A stretch of 64,000 nt of DNA, taken from assembly GCA_030141605.1 (NCBI GenBank), contig JAQGDQ010000615.1, positions 62,001 through 126,000 on the forward strand, given 5' to 3'. The notes below the pieces were generated by a model. The model saw only the letters and a program-made list of their open reading frames with translations, did not search any database and had not been told where the DNA came from. This stretch comes from Tubiluchus corallicola. Its lineage: Eukaryota > Animalia > Priapulida. The position numbers and the translations under genes are program-made. The first letter of the stretch is position 1, and each line of letters opens with the position of its first letter. This document shows, one piece after another, positions 27,867 through 39,500 of this stretch.

Positions 27867-29240
27867 ATGATGTGGAGCTGGAATTTCACCATAATGCGAG
27901 TACTCCGTGCATTTTCCGTTCTTATGGGTGCTAGCCTGTGCTTTCTCCTAGTTCAAATCCTGCTTTCTAGATATCTAGGCAAGCACCCAAGCCCTCGTAA
28001 TACCCAAGTGCTAGCATTAATTCATGGAATGAAGCAGCTGTCGATATCAACGAATTCTCATATATTCTTAGTGGATAAAGTGCTTTTAAAACGGCTGCTC
28101 CACCAACCAGATCATGGATCAAATTTGTGTGAATTGTGCAATATCAATGGAATCTCTTTTGGAGTTATCCGCAAAATGAAATCACCTCTTACTGAATCCC
28201 AGGTGGAAACGAACTTTGAAAATTTCAAAATTCAAATGATGAGCGAGAGATTACCTATGATTGACTGGAATAATGTCAGTGTTCCAGTTTTGCAGCATTT
28301 ATTTTTGACTAAAAATGCTGCCTGGTTGCATCTGATCATATTTTACGAAGTAAAAGGTAAGTTTTTGTGGCAAGGAGGTGTTCCGCCGCACTTACCAAGT
28401 GCGAATGATGTTGTCCAGTATGGGTATAACAGGACAGAAGGTGTGTTTGATCCTTTTGACACCAAGTGGACAGAAATTGATGGGGTGCAATTTTTAGTAC
28501 CTAAAGACATATCCAAATTTCTAAGAGAAAGTGAGCAGTCCAAGTTTATTTCCTGTAACTACTCGCAAGCAGAGACATTCTTTCAAAAATATCCGAGGAA
28601 CAACAGCGGAGAAGCATTGTACTTCAAAGCCAAAGTGCGACAGGTGATTCAGACAGGTACGCAAGCATTGAACAGCTTAGGTATTCCTTTCTGGATTAGC
28701 AGCGGTAATTGCCTAGGCTGGTTTCGGCAGTGTGACGTCATCCCTTACAGTGTTGACGTCGACTTTGGTGTGTTTGCGCAACATTACAACCCGCAGATAA
28801 TTGACGCTTTTGTTGCTCGAGGCTTCTGGCTGCTCAGCATTTTTGGACGTCCTAATGACAGCTATGAACTGTCGCTTGTGTTTGGAGGTATCAAACTCGA
28901 CATTTTCTTCTTCTACACGGATGGTGACATGGTCTGGAATGCTGCAACAGAGCACTCTACCGGCGAAATATTCAGATACGAGTTTCCGAAATTTGACCTG
29001 TGCTGGTCAGAACTTTTGAGTCTCAAAGTCAGAGTGCCTTGTAATGCTCATAAATACGTAGAAGCAAATTATGGGAAAAATTGGTTCGAACCAATCAGAA
29101 ACTGGCTGTGGTATGATAGTCCACCGAATGCCCGCAGGAGTGGATTTTGGCCGAAGTCCGAATGGAAAGAGGTGTTGCAAATGTTTCCACCACCCGAAAA
29201 CGAAGAAGATTATTTCAAAAATAGGAAAAAGGTGGTGTAA
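27867..29240 (+). CDS. FKTN: Fukutin-like ribitol-phosphate transferase (LicD family), type II membrane protein; conserved CDS in one exon
   Basis: N-terminal TM segment, then FWISSGNCLGWFRQCDVIPYSVDVDFG (DxD), FGRPNDSYELS, KLDIFFFY, YVEANYGKNW, W.W..SPPN. Start uncertain: ATG at 27867 or 27894, or 27559 in an upstream exon 27498-27585 spliced to the acceptor at 27818. Confidence 0.9.
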   Translation: MMWSWNFTIMRVLRAFSVLMGASLCFLLVQILLSRYLGKHPSPRNTQVLALIHGMKQLSISTNSHIFLVDKVLLKRLLHQPDHGSNLCELCNINGISFGVIRKMKSPLTESQVETNFENFKIQMMSERLPMIDWNNVSVPVLQHLFLTKNAAWLHLIIFYEVKGKFLWQGGVPPHLPSANDVVQYGYNRTEGVFDPFDTKWTEIDGVQFLVPKDISKFLRESEQSKFISCNYSQAETFFQKYPRNNSGEALYFKAKVRQVIQTGTQALNSLGIPFWISSGNCLGWFRQCDVIPYSVDVDFGVFAQHYNPQIIDAFVARGFWLLSIFGRPNDSYELSLVFGGIKLDIFFFYTDGDMVWNAATEHSTGEIFRYEFPKFDLCWSELLSLKVRVPCNAHKYVEANYGKNWFEPIRNWLWYDSPPNARRSGFWPKSEWKEVLQMFPPPENEEDYFKNRKKVV

Positions 29241-29606
29241 ATAATGTGTAAAATAAGTTTATATAAATGTTTTTAAATATCTGTATACAAAATCTGTATT
29301 TATGTAGCAGATAATATATTTTTTGCAATAGATTTGAAATATAGAACATTAATACATGGCTACACGGGCACCGTTTGAATTTTTTATTTGTTCAAATTAT
29401 ATCGGGTTACTGTAAACTAACAATAAATTGCCAAGATTTAAATATGAAAGTGATTAAGAGCAAGGTATTAATTTTTTGGACAACAGTGTTTGATTGTGTT
29501 AAGCAAGTGATACGATTTTCTCTGGACTCATAAATACAAAGTAAGAATTTACAAATTCTTTACTCCAGTATTACATCAATTTACATCAACCTGATTCAGG
29601 AATATA

Positions 29607-29951
29607 TACTCTGATGAGTCCAATAAGGACAACGCTGTACTCTGATGAGTCCAATAAGGACAACTCTGTACTCTGATGAGTCCAATAAGGACAACTCTGT
29701 ACTCTGATGAGTCCAATAAGGACAACTCTGTACTCTGATGAGTCCAATAAGGATAACGCTGTACTCTGATGAGTCCAATAAGGACAACTCTGTACTCTGA
29801 TGAGTCCAATAAGGACAACTCTGTACTCTGATGAGTCCAATAAGGACAACTCTGTACTCTGATGAGTCCAATAAGGACAACGCTGTACTCTGATGAGTCC
29901 AGTAAGGACAACGCTGTACTCTGATGAGTCCAGTAAGGACAACTCTGTACT
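29607..29951 (+). repeat. 31-bp minisatellite, about 11 copies, unit is a degenerate hammerhead core
   Basis: Unit tactCTGATGAGTCCaataaGGACaac(t/g)ctg. Confidence 0.93.
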
Positions 29952-30110
29952 AAGTCTTTCAATAATACTAATACTACAGTCTTCCACAGTTTTCCTCACT
30001 GAGTCTCTGCAAACAATCGTGCAGCCCCATGTAACTGCACTTCCAAGTCACTTATTTACAATAATAACAGCTCCAACATTTCGACTTTCTGCCACATTTA
30101 ATGACAGTTT

Positions 30111-33100
30111 TCAAACACTGATAGTCCGGAAGATGTTAAATCCCGTATTTGCTGTCGATATTAAAACCCCCGGAAGTTGGGGATGCCAGTGGACTTCCTT
30201 GATATCATTCTGACCCTGGAAAAATAACACAAAGTTCTGAAAATTACCATACCTATTTGTTTAGCCACAAGCTACACACCGTTTCAACTTGAAATAAATC
30301 TTATTTTAACTTTCGTATGCTTTAGTCACAAGTTTAGTGCTCATTTCCTTAAAAAGTTATCAAAAATACAGAACTGTTCGCAAATTCCTAACACATGCAT
30401 CCAATGTTAGCTAAGCAAATAAGAAAAACCAACTCAGATATATTACCATTAGACAAAAAATTTTAAATTATGCAACATTTGATGTGTGTATCTTACTGCA
30501 TACTTTCAATAGCTGCTAATGACAAAATTAAACGTATTTCATTCACTTTTTGATATGTGTATCTTACTGCATACTTTCAATAGCTGCTAATGACAAAATT
30601 AAATGTATTTCATTCACTTTTTGATGTGTGTATCTTACTGCATACTTTCAATAGCTGCTAATGACAAAATTAAACGTATTTCATTCACTTTTTGATATGT
30701 GTATCTTACTGCATACTTTCAATAGCTGCTAATGACAAAATTAAACGTATTTCATTCACTTTTTGATGTGTGTAACTTACTGCATACTTTCAATAGCTGC
30801 TAATGACAAAATTAAACGTATTTCATTCACCTGATGAATGAACAAAAGCTGCGGCGGAATATCAGGAGTTGTCGTCTCTCCAGATGCCTCATCTTTTTCT
30901 ACAGACAGATCCCACAGTGTCACCTGGTCGTCAGCACCCGAGGCTGCAAACCCTGTACTATCATTGGGATTCCACTCGACGGATGTGAGTGGAGCCGTGT
31001 GGTGTTTGAACGTTGCTACAGGCTTGCCTTCCTGGGAAACGTTAAATCATTATTCTTCACCTCACGAGGAATCATTGAGTAAAAGAGTTTTGTTAGGTGA
31101 AAAATTAAAAACGGCACATCAAGTAACTGCTGATAAGATTCGTTGGGTTTGTTTCCAATGTTAAATTGCCAATAGTGCATTTACCAATGAATTATTCATC
31201 TCATTCACTATAAAATATCAATTAATCTTATTGCAAACGTCAAACGTCAAAACGTAAAACAGTACACTGTTATACCACTTGTTCAATTCGCTCATAATAA
31301 ATTCAAGATTCTGCAAATAAAACTTTTGTACAGTCACTATTTGCTGAAGAAAGCAGCAAAAGTTTCATTTGAAATGAAATGCTGTGCCTGAAGACCTGTG
31401 TTTCTAAAAGTATATAAACTTTGCAATCATCAGTTGCATAGGAGCAGACAGTGAAAGTTTTATTTAAAATGAAATGCTGAGCCTGAAGACACGTGTTTCT
31501 AAAAGTATATAAAGTTTGCAATCAGCCTGAAGACCTGTGTTTCTAAAAGTATATAAACTTTGCAATCATCAGTTGCACAGGCTCACTGAAAGCTTTATTT
31601 GAAATGAAATGCTGTGCCTGAAGATCTGTGTTTCTAAAAGTATATAAAGTTTGCAATCATCAGTTGCACAGGATCACTGAAAGCTTTATTTGAAATGAAA
31701 TGCTGTGCCTGAAGATCTGTGTTTCTAAAAGTATATAAACTTTGCAATCATCAGTTGCACATGAGCAGTTCACCCTGGAGCCTAAGGTACAGAAAGGAAC
31801 ACTCAAGAATGACAAACCTGAAATTGCCTCAGATCCCAAACACGCAGTAAACCGTCGTCACCTCCAGAGACGATAAACGGCTCTCTTTTGTTCCAGCTGA
31901 TTACGTTAATGTCGGAAGCATGAGCATTTTCTGTTGTCAACATGCAGGCTTTTGAGGGGGCACTACGAATGTCCCATATTCTTATAGACCTGTCCACGGA
32001 ACATGAAGCAAATACCTGAAGACCCGAAAAAGTTTGCGTAAGTATTTCCAATGGAACTAAGTTCAATACTAACATTAAACTTGTCCATCTAATTACTCGT
32101 TTCATGGAAATCAATTACCGACAGTTGAGCTACGGATGCTCAGAACAAAGTGTCATCAAGATCTTAATTGCTTCTAAGATGCTGACACACCTACAATTAA
32201 AGTCAGTCCAACTCTCCAATTAGAATTTTCAGCAAAACTCTGTACGATTAAAGCTTTTGTCATATATAATTCTTCCACACAGAATGCAGATTCTGGTTGA
32301 GTCTGATTTGGGGTCGACACTGCAATGTTTTACCCATAAAATATCAGTTACTATTTTAAACCTTATTTGCTGTAGTTCACGGAAGCTGTGAATTTAGGTG
32401 CTTACTTCCTAAATGATGAAAGTTTTCTGGAAATACTCGCTATTCTCCAACTTCTCACATTTTTACGTAATTCTACGTGCAGAACAGTGATCAGGAAATC
32501 TATTTTTCAGGACAACTATTTGTATTTTCACCTTCTTACTGAAGCCTTTATCTTGATTACGACTTGCCCTGTGTAGAGCGAATGAAGCCACTCTGTGTGT
32601 CAACTTATCGAGTCACATTTTAGCGCTTTCTAGAAAATAGCGATTCAGCCACCTCTTCACCACAAGTTTGCCAACAAAAATAGGTCATTATGACCTTCTG
32701 GGAACTTGCCCATAGTTGGGGAACAAAATAATGTGAAAACATCAGCATACAGTTATCCCAACAATATGCAGCCAATTTCCAACTGGTATAAACATTATGA
32801 ACAACAAATTCAAAGCTCACTACAATATTGTAATTATAGGGTTTACATTAAGGCAACACAATAGATGACAAGGTCTTAAAATGGAGTACTGTATCATATT
32901 TCAAAACAATGTCCGGACAAATTACTATGAAGGGAAATTATCTTGCCTTTTTCTTGATAATATTTGGAAAAGACAAAACTATTCATATCTACACAAAAGT
33001 AAAACTGTTTTGGCATTGCACTAGCTTCAAACGTGAGAAAGTTCTAGAGAAGAATTTTTCTTATTTTGCTTACGTACGCTGGCTTCGTTCGGAGACCACT

Positions 33101-36100
33101 GAATGTCCTCAACGGAGGCACTGTGACCAGTATATGGACGCTGGTCAACATGCCATGTGGCAGAGGGCAACAGTTTCCAAAAGTGAATGTGTTTATTGCA
33201 GTCTCCAGTTAATAAATTACCTGAATGAAATAAAATGTAATAACACAAAAAATTAATGGCATAACGGAACGGGATGAAAATACAATGAGATACGGTAACT
33301 AAGCAACAAGTTCTTTAAAATTATACATAAATATACGTGAAGTTTACAGTAGTGTTCTTCATAGTATTCTCAGTCTCACAAATTATACATGAATATACGT
33401 GAAGTTTATAGTAGTGTTCTTCATAGTATTCTCAGTCTCACAAATTATACATGAATATACGTGAAGTTTACAGTAGTGTTCTTCATAGTATTCTCTCTCA
33501 CAAATTATACATGAATATACGTGAAGTTTACAGTAGTGTTCTTCATAGTATTCTCACTCTCACAAAATTATTTTTTGTTGCATTTCCCATCAATTCCAAT
33601 TTCGTTTAGTGAAAAGTTTTTTTGAAAATCCATTTACCTGTCACAGTGGTTGACCAATCGACAGCGAACCCTTCACACAGGTGTCCCTTGAAGGAAAACA
33701 TTGGTTTCTGGCTCCGTGCTTTTTGATCTCTTCCCGACATTGTCAAGTTTGACATGGAGTAAGTGAGGTCTAGGACGTTGACGGAACCGTTTTCCGACCA
33801 AGCCGCTGCTATGTGCTTGTCATTGATGTTAGTCGCCTAAACGCAGATATGAGATTTTACTAGTTCAAGAAATATGATGATAGAAATCTAAATTTTTGAT
33901 TTATTGTTGGCATTCTTCTGTCTCGGAAGACAATGGAGTGTGCGCCAAGAGAGTCAGTTATTGATCACATTGATGGAGCTGCAGCGTCGACTGTGGCTGA
34001 GCAGTGCGATCATTGAACGTCTCCAGGGTGCACGCCTGGGCAAGGTGTGTGGAGATCCTGAGTTGCCCAGACAACAGGAACCCCCACTCTTCCTCCCTGC
34101 TGTAGTCCAAAGGAAAGCGGAGCGATACGTTTGGCACCAGGTTGGCTGCAGAAGCTGCCGGAGTCAGTGAGCATGCTGCACTGGTCTGCCTTCGGCGCTC
34201 GACTCCTGATTTGGAGGGTTTACTCCTCTACACATGGCCATTGGGTCACTTGACCTCCTCCGCCCTCTAGCCATTGGCTGCTTGTACAGCTCCTCCGCCT
34301 AGTGTCGAGATACAATGTGGGCATCCCGCAAGCCTACAGTACCTGGCATTCCTAGGCGGTCACTCATCACAGTACTAACCAGGCTCTACGTTGCTTAACT
34401 TAGGTGATCAGACCAAATACAGTAGTAGTGCTAGTAGTATATACAATTTTTGATGGAGTGACTCAAATGTTATCACATTAACTATAGAGAAAAACAAGGC
34501 TTAAGCTCACTAAAGAAAAACTTAACTGTATTTACGGGTAGCACATATATGTTGAACATTGATTCGATCATTTTAGTAAATCAGGGAAATATTAACTAAA
34601 TATGACACAACGTTACTATACTTCTAAAATGCTGTTCACACAGAAACATTCTTTACTTTCACCAAATATTGTAATTTAGTCATCCAAATGTTACTAATAA
34701 TGAAAATAAAAGTTAAATTAATAAACATTAAATAAATCTAGCCATACTGATTCTAAGACAATCTGGAGATAGTAGGCCAGCTACAGTTAATGAGTGGAAA
34801 CAACTGCCAAATGGAGCAATTAAACAACTATGACTCATGTACAGTTTTTTGCATTTGTCCAGTTGTAGTTGAAAGACCAAAGTTGATTACGTACCAGCAC
34901 CCTAAAAGGAACAAGCGTCCAATCATTCTTACCCTTATTCTGTTCACAGCACCCGAGTGTCTGATAAGAGCGCACTCCATTATTGGAGCTTTACCGTTGT
35001 CATCTTCTTCGTCGTCCGAGTTTTTATCAGTTTCATCGTCGTCTTGTTCTTCTTTTTTCTCCGTTTTCTTTGTTTCGTGTAAATTGTACATTTTCATAAC
35101 TAAATAAAAAATCGGGTTTGAGTAAGCAGTGCAAGGAAAAGTCCTTTACGCCACCTCTTCGTGGTGGACAAACTTTCGTAGAATGAAACTTGTACGGCAC
35201 GAAGAAACAACAATTAAATGATAATAACTATTAGGAAGAAATCTGCCATACGAAAGCCCAGATGTGCTATCTTATATAGAAAAAGCATAACAGTAAATAA
35301 CGCGGTAGTCATACCTACGACACTATTAGCACGTGAACCTTCTATATACGTCACTAGAGTTTCTTAGGAATAAATCTGCCATACGAAAGCCCAGATGTGC
35401 TATCTTATATAGAAAAAGCATAACAGTAAATAACGCGGTAGTCATACCTACGACACTATTAGCACGTGAACCTTCTATATACGTCACTAGAGTTTCTTGT
35501 GAAGAAATCTGCCATACGAAAGCCCAGATGTGCTATCTTACATAGAAAAAGCATAACAGTAAATAACACGGTAGTCATACCTACGACACTATTAGCACGT
35601 GAACCTTCTATATACGTCACTAGAGTTTCTTGTGAAGAAATCTGCCATACGAAAGCCCAGATGTGCTATCTTACATAGAAAAAGCATAACAGTCAATAAC
35701 GCGGTAGTCATACCTACGACACTATTAGCACGTGAACCTTCCGCTTGTGTTCCAGCCACCAGATATGCACTTAAAGGAAAAGTCGTTCGTTCATCACCCA
35801 AGTCGTCACGGATGATGTCAAAACTCAAGCAGGGTGCACCTGTGAACAAAATTACAAATTTTCAAGAAACACACTAATAGATTTATAAAAAGTAGTGAAG
35901 AGAAGTAAAATTTCTAAACACAATGCTACTGCGAACTTCCATTATGCAACATAATCTATTTAATCCTCTTACTGGCTTCAACTCATTCAGTAATACTCTA
36001 GTGCTGAGAAATCACATGATTTGGCTTCTTCCGCCAGCTTCCTTGAGCTTGAGCTTGATTCAAGTAACTAATACAAAGCGATGAAATATCAGAGTACCTA

Positions 36101-36589
36101 GCTACCAATATTTGTCAAAAGTTAATGCTGGAACATCATAATCATCTGACGCCATCTTAGTTCCACAACCAGTTTTTGGTCGGACAGCTGAGCCATATCA
36201 TGTCACTGGTTCACTTACTGTACATCCGGTTTACAGCTGACACTTTTTGGATTAGATTACTTCAAATTAATTCATGAGGTTCTAGCTAAACGGTGCACTG
36301 CCCCGAAATTCTACCTATGAATAATAAGTTGTTAATATGAAAAGAAATTTAAGCTTGCTTAATTTCGGTGCAGTAATGTACTACTAAGAACACAAGTATT
36401 ACCGGTTGAAGCCTGGTGGTACATTAAGTAAGCTGATTCATCGTAAACGAGCTTTTCTCCCGGTAAGATGTCATCTGTGGGAAGATAAGCTCTACCAGTG
36501 GTGTGAGGCTTTGTTTCAGGTTCATCACCACATTCCATCTCATCCCCTTCCATCGATTCCATAACATTATCATCTTCTTCTTCAGCCAT
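30111..36589 (-). CDS. GRWD1: Glutamate-rich WD repeat protein 1 (Rrb1 orthologue), 8 coding exons
   Basis: Exons 36589-36403, 35839-35714, 35099-34933, 33836-33638, 33220-33078, 32015-31818, 31031-30831, 30215-30111 with GT-AG borders; motifs [53 protein letters not shown], ending [10 protein letters not shown]. Confidence 0.96.
30478..30830. repeat. 71-bp minisatellite, 5 copies, abutting the GRWD1 exon 7 donor
   Basis: Unit gat(g/a)tgtgtatcttactgcatactttcaatagctgctaatgacaaaattaaacgtatttcattcacttttt. Confidence 0.95.
31362..31762 (-). repeat. About 91-bp tandem array of type I hammerhead-like motifs in GRWD1 intron 6
   Basis: Five full or partial units; minus strand reads CUGAUGA-hairpin-GAAAC-NNNN-GUC/AUC followed by an AAUAAA-like signal. 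Confidence 0.8.
31524..31583 (-). ncRNA. Candidate minimal type I hammerhead ribozyme (best copy of the array)
   Basis: AGCCUG-ugc-AA-CUGAUGA-u-UG-c-AAAGU-uuauau-ACUUU-UA-GAAAC-acag-GUC-UU-CAGGCU: all invariant core bases present; helices I and II are bulged; activity untested. Confidence 0.55.
33318..33570. repeat. About 62-bp minisatellite, 4 copies
   Basis: Unit aaattatacatgaatatacgtgaagtttacagtagtgttcttcatagtattctcagtctcac. Confidence 0.93.
33904..34413 (-). mobile_element. Second copy of the 5S-derived SINE, 5' end clipped
   Basis: Reverse complement aligns along its length with 18095-18608 including 5S box A/C region and the gagacagaag.atgccaacaa tail. Confidence 0.9.
35234..35740. 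repeat. 133-bp tandem repeat spanning the GRWD1 exon 2 donor, about 3.8 copies
   Basis: Each unit contains the last 27 nt of exon 2 plus GTATGA donor and 106 nt of intron. Confidence 0.95.
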
Positions 36590-39500
36590 TGCTTGTTCTC
36601 ATATATCAGTACTTGATTTAGGAAAAAAACAATAACATATTACAAATGTGTTTTTTTTACACTACAGTGCGCTGCAATATACAATCCATCATTTAGTGGC
36701 AGGACTATAAAATACATACAGGGGCAGACTGAACTCAAGGCCCCTGAGGGACCGTAAAACCCTCTGGGTTTCGGTTTTTGGGGGACAGACCTTTTACTAT
36801 ATTAAACTGTTTCTCCTATAATATGATTCTGGAGGAGGTCTCGAAAGCATAATGCTCCTTCCTCTTCCTCACAGTCACGCGTTTATTATTTTATAATGTA
36901 ATAACAGTTTGTATGTATGTTCATGTGTACGATTTGCTGAAGAATAAATTCATAATATTAGTAAGACTATTACTTCATATACACTATGTATTTTTTACAT
37001 TTACATATTATTGGATAATGTACAGCTAAGAGTTACTTCATAAAAACAAAACACCTGTGCCTGTGATTCTGTGCATTTAAATCATTTTGAGCATAAAATC
37101 CTATGCTAACCGTTCTCTATGCATACAAAATAATGCACTACCATGATTTACTTTACAGTGTATATTTATTAATAATTTTAAAGCATAGGACAATTCCATT
37201 CAAAATGATTTAAATCAATTTAAAACACTAAATACTAACTCTTAAATACAAATGCTTCTTTTTCTGCTATAAAATTTTTAGATGTTATAGACGAGAGTTA
37301 CAAAGACAAAATGCTTAAACACCAAAACATACGCAGCATTTTTTTGGTACTCTACGAAAAAGCGCCAAAGGCAGTAAATCTCAAAAAGCTTCATGTTGGA
37401 AGTATGGGTTTAATAGCAAATCCAAGGCTAAATATGTTATGTTTGTGAAAGTGACTAAGCTGACTCACTATCAAAGATATCGCTCTAAGATGACCCACTG
37501 AAACAGCAGAGGTGTCTCAGCCATGTACCACTGTCCTGTTTCGAGGCAAAACATCTAGGCTGAGTACTTACTAAGCCCAGCCAATCAATAGCCATTGATA
37601 TAAAGTGTATGTGCGTGACCACTTGGTCATGAATCATGCTACAAACATGTTTCACGAAAAAAATACTTAGTGACAACTGCAGCTAAGATACTCCATGTAT
37701 GACAGCAGCCACAACATAGATCAAAGATGTTTCCAAATTTACATACATTGTTTAAAGCAATCTATACATTGTTTAATACAGAGTTATGGAGTAGTTTAGC
37801 TTAACAATAAATATACTAATGTTTCTATTATTTTAATACCATGTTTCCGTCTAGTAGCCTGAGTAATATTTTTTTATCACATACCCGACCAGGAATTTTA
37901 TAATTTTTTGTACGTTCATGACTTTCCTGATGCAATTATATAAAAGTGTATTTTTTAATTTAAAATGTAAAACTCAATCATTATTATAACATCTCTGTTT
38001 TGGTGAAGACGCGGCCATGTTTTTCTATGGTTAACTCTCGGCCAGGGATGCCGTTTTATATGGTGCTGGTTATCTTATTGGATGTTAAAAAGCATCACAT
38101 TTTCTGCCAAATCAGCGTATTAACAGCTAAGTTATGTTGAACGCTTATACTATAATTATCAGAACAGACGAAAAAAGTGTGAAAAAATGTGCATTGAATG
38201 TTTTTAAGACGTTACTGCTAACCAATGGCAAATAAACAAACTTTGATTTCAGCTGATTTTAAATATTTTACAATTCAGTTTTAAACATTCACAAAAACTT
38301 TTTAAAAAAATTTACTACATTCACTATTTAAGTCTAATGAATTATTATATAGTTTACAAATGATTGCAGTCCATTACAAGCATGCAGTATACTTTGTAAC
38401 ATCAGCATACTTTGTATCATTTTCAATGGTATCAAGGTTAAAATAGATTTGCAGTTTTTGATATCTAGTCCAGATAGCACAGATGCACACTGTAAACGAA
38501 TATGCAAATTTAAAAACAGTCAGACGAATATAGAGGATAAAATCTCTGTACTGTAGCCAGACGAATTTTAGTTACAGAAATTTTGTACGGCTGGAGAAAC
38601 TAATAATAATGATAATAATAATAACAATAATAATGCAAACTTGATCTTAACTCTCGCAGAATATTTCAATGCATTTTCTGCCTGTGTTTGGGAGCCGCTT
38701 TTGTTGCGCAACTCAGGTGAAAGAGGAGGGAAGTAAGAAGTTCGCGAGGTAGACAATCGCTGGTTGACAGAATGAAGTTTTGCGATGTGTTATACCCAGA
38801 ATTTAGATAAACGTTCACTATCCAGTATACATAATCCGCAAAATTAGTGCTGATTACGCGATGTACTGCGGGCGCTTGACTAATTATCAATTAAATTAAA
38901 ATCTTAGTCAAAATCAAACCTATGGTGTAAAACACGTGCAAACGTCATGCCCATGGCGGCCATGCCAGTTTTACGGACGGATAATTGCAAGGCACAAAAA
39001 CTAAATAATTTGATTCACTTTTGTTTTATTTTACAATAAATCCAGATATTTCGACTCAATTTGAGTCTTCTTCTGCTAAACTTCCAGCTAAAATAATGTC
39101 TAAAAATTAGGAATGCAGTAATTTGTAGCCAGGCCAACAATTTTCTGTCTATATGAATCAATCTAAATTAGCAAAAGTTATAGAGTTAAATTATTGTTAA
39201 AGAATTCAGTGGTTGAAAGATGTAACTTTATTATTTAAATTTTAGCTTGTTCGTGAACGTAAGAGTCATTCTGCTCTTAATAACAGTTGTGCAAGGATCA
39301 CGCCACTGGACCAAGCCATGCCTTAAGATGACGATGCAGAAAATTTTAGAGCGCTAACGTGAGGAGAAGATCACCTGACCGAGCTGAGAAGAAATGGCTC
39401 AAAGAGTAATGTTCGACACTTCAAGCTGTTAAGGCATGGAGAGTTGCAGACTGGGTTGTGAAGATCTAGGCACATCTTGTTTGCCATCTTGTATATCGTG

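Noticed and set aside
28343-29019. Overlapping or antisense ORFs in fukutin and other exons
   Set aside because: Shadow frames of real coding sequence.
33318-33570. Hammerhead-like reading of the 62-bp repeat (minus strand AUGAAGA-ACA-cuac-UGU-AAAC)
   Set aside because: C3 and G12 missing, 3-bp helix only and no helix I or III; likely chance.
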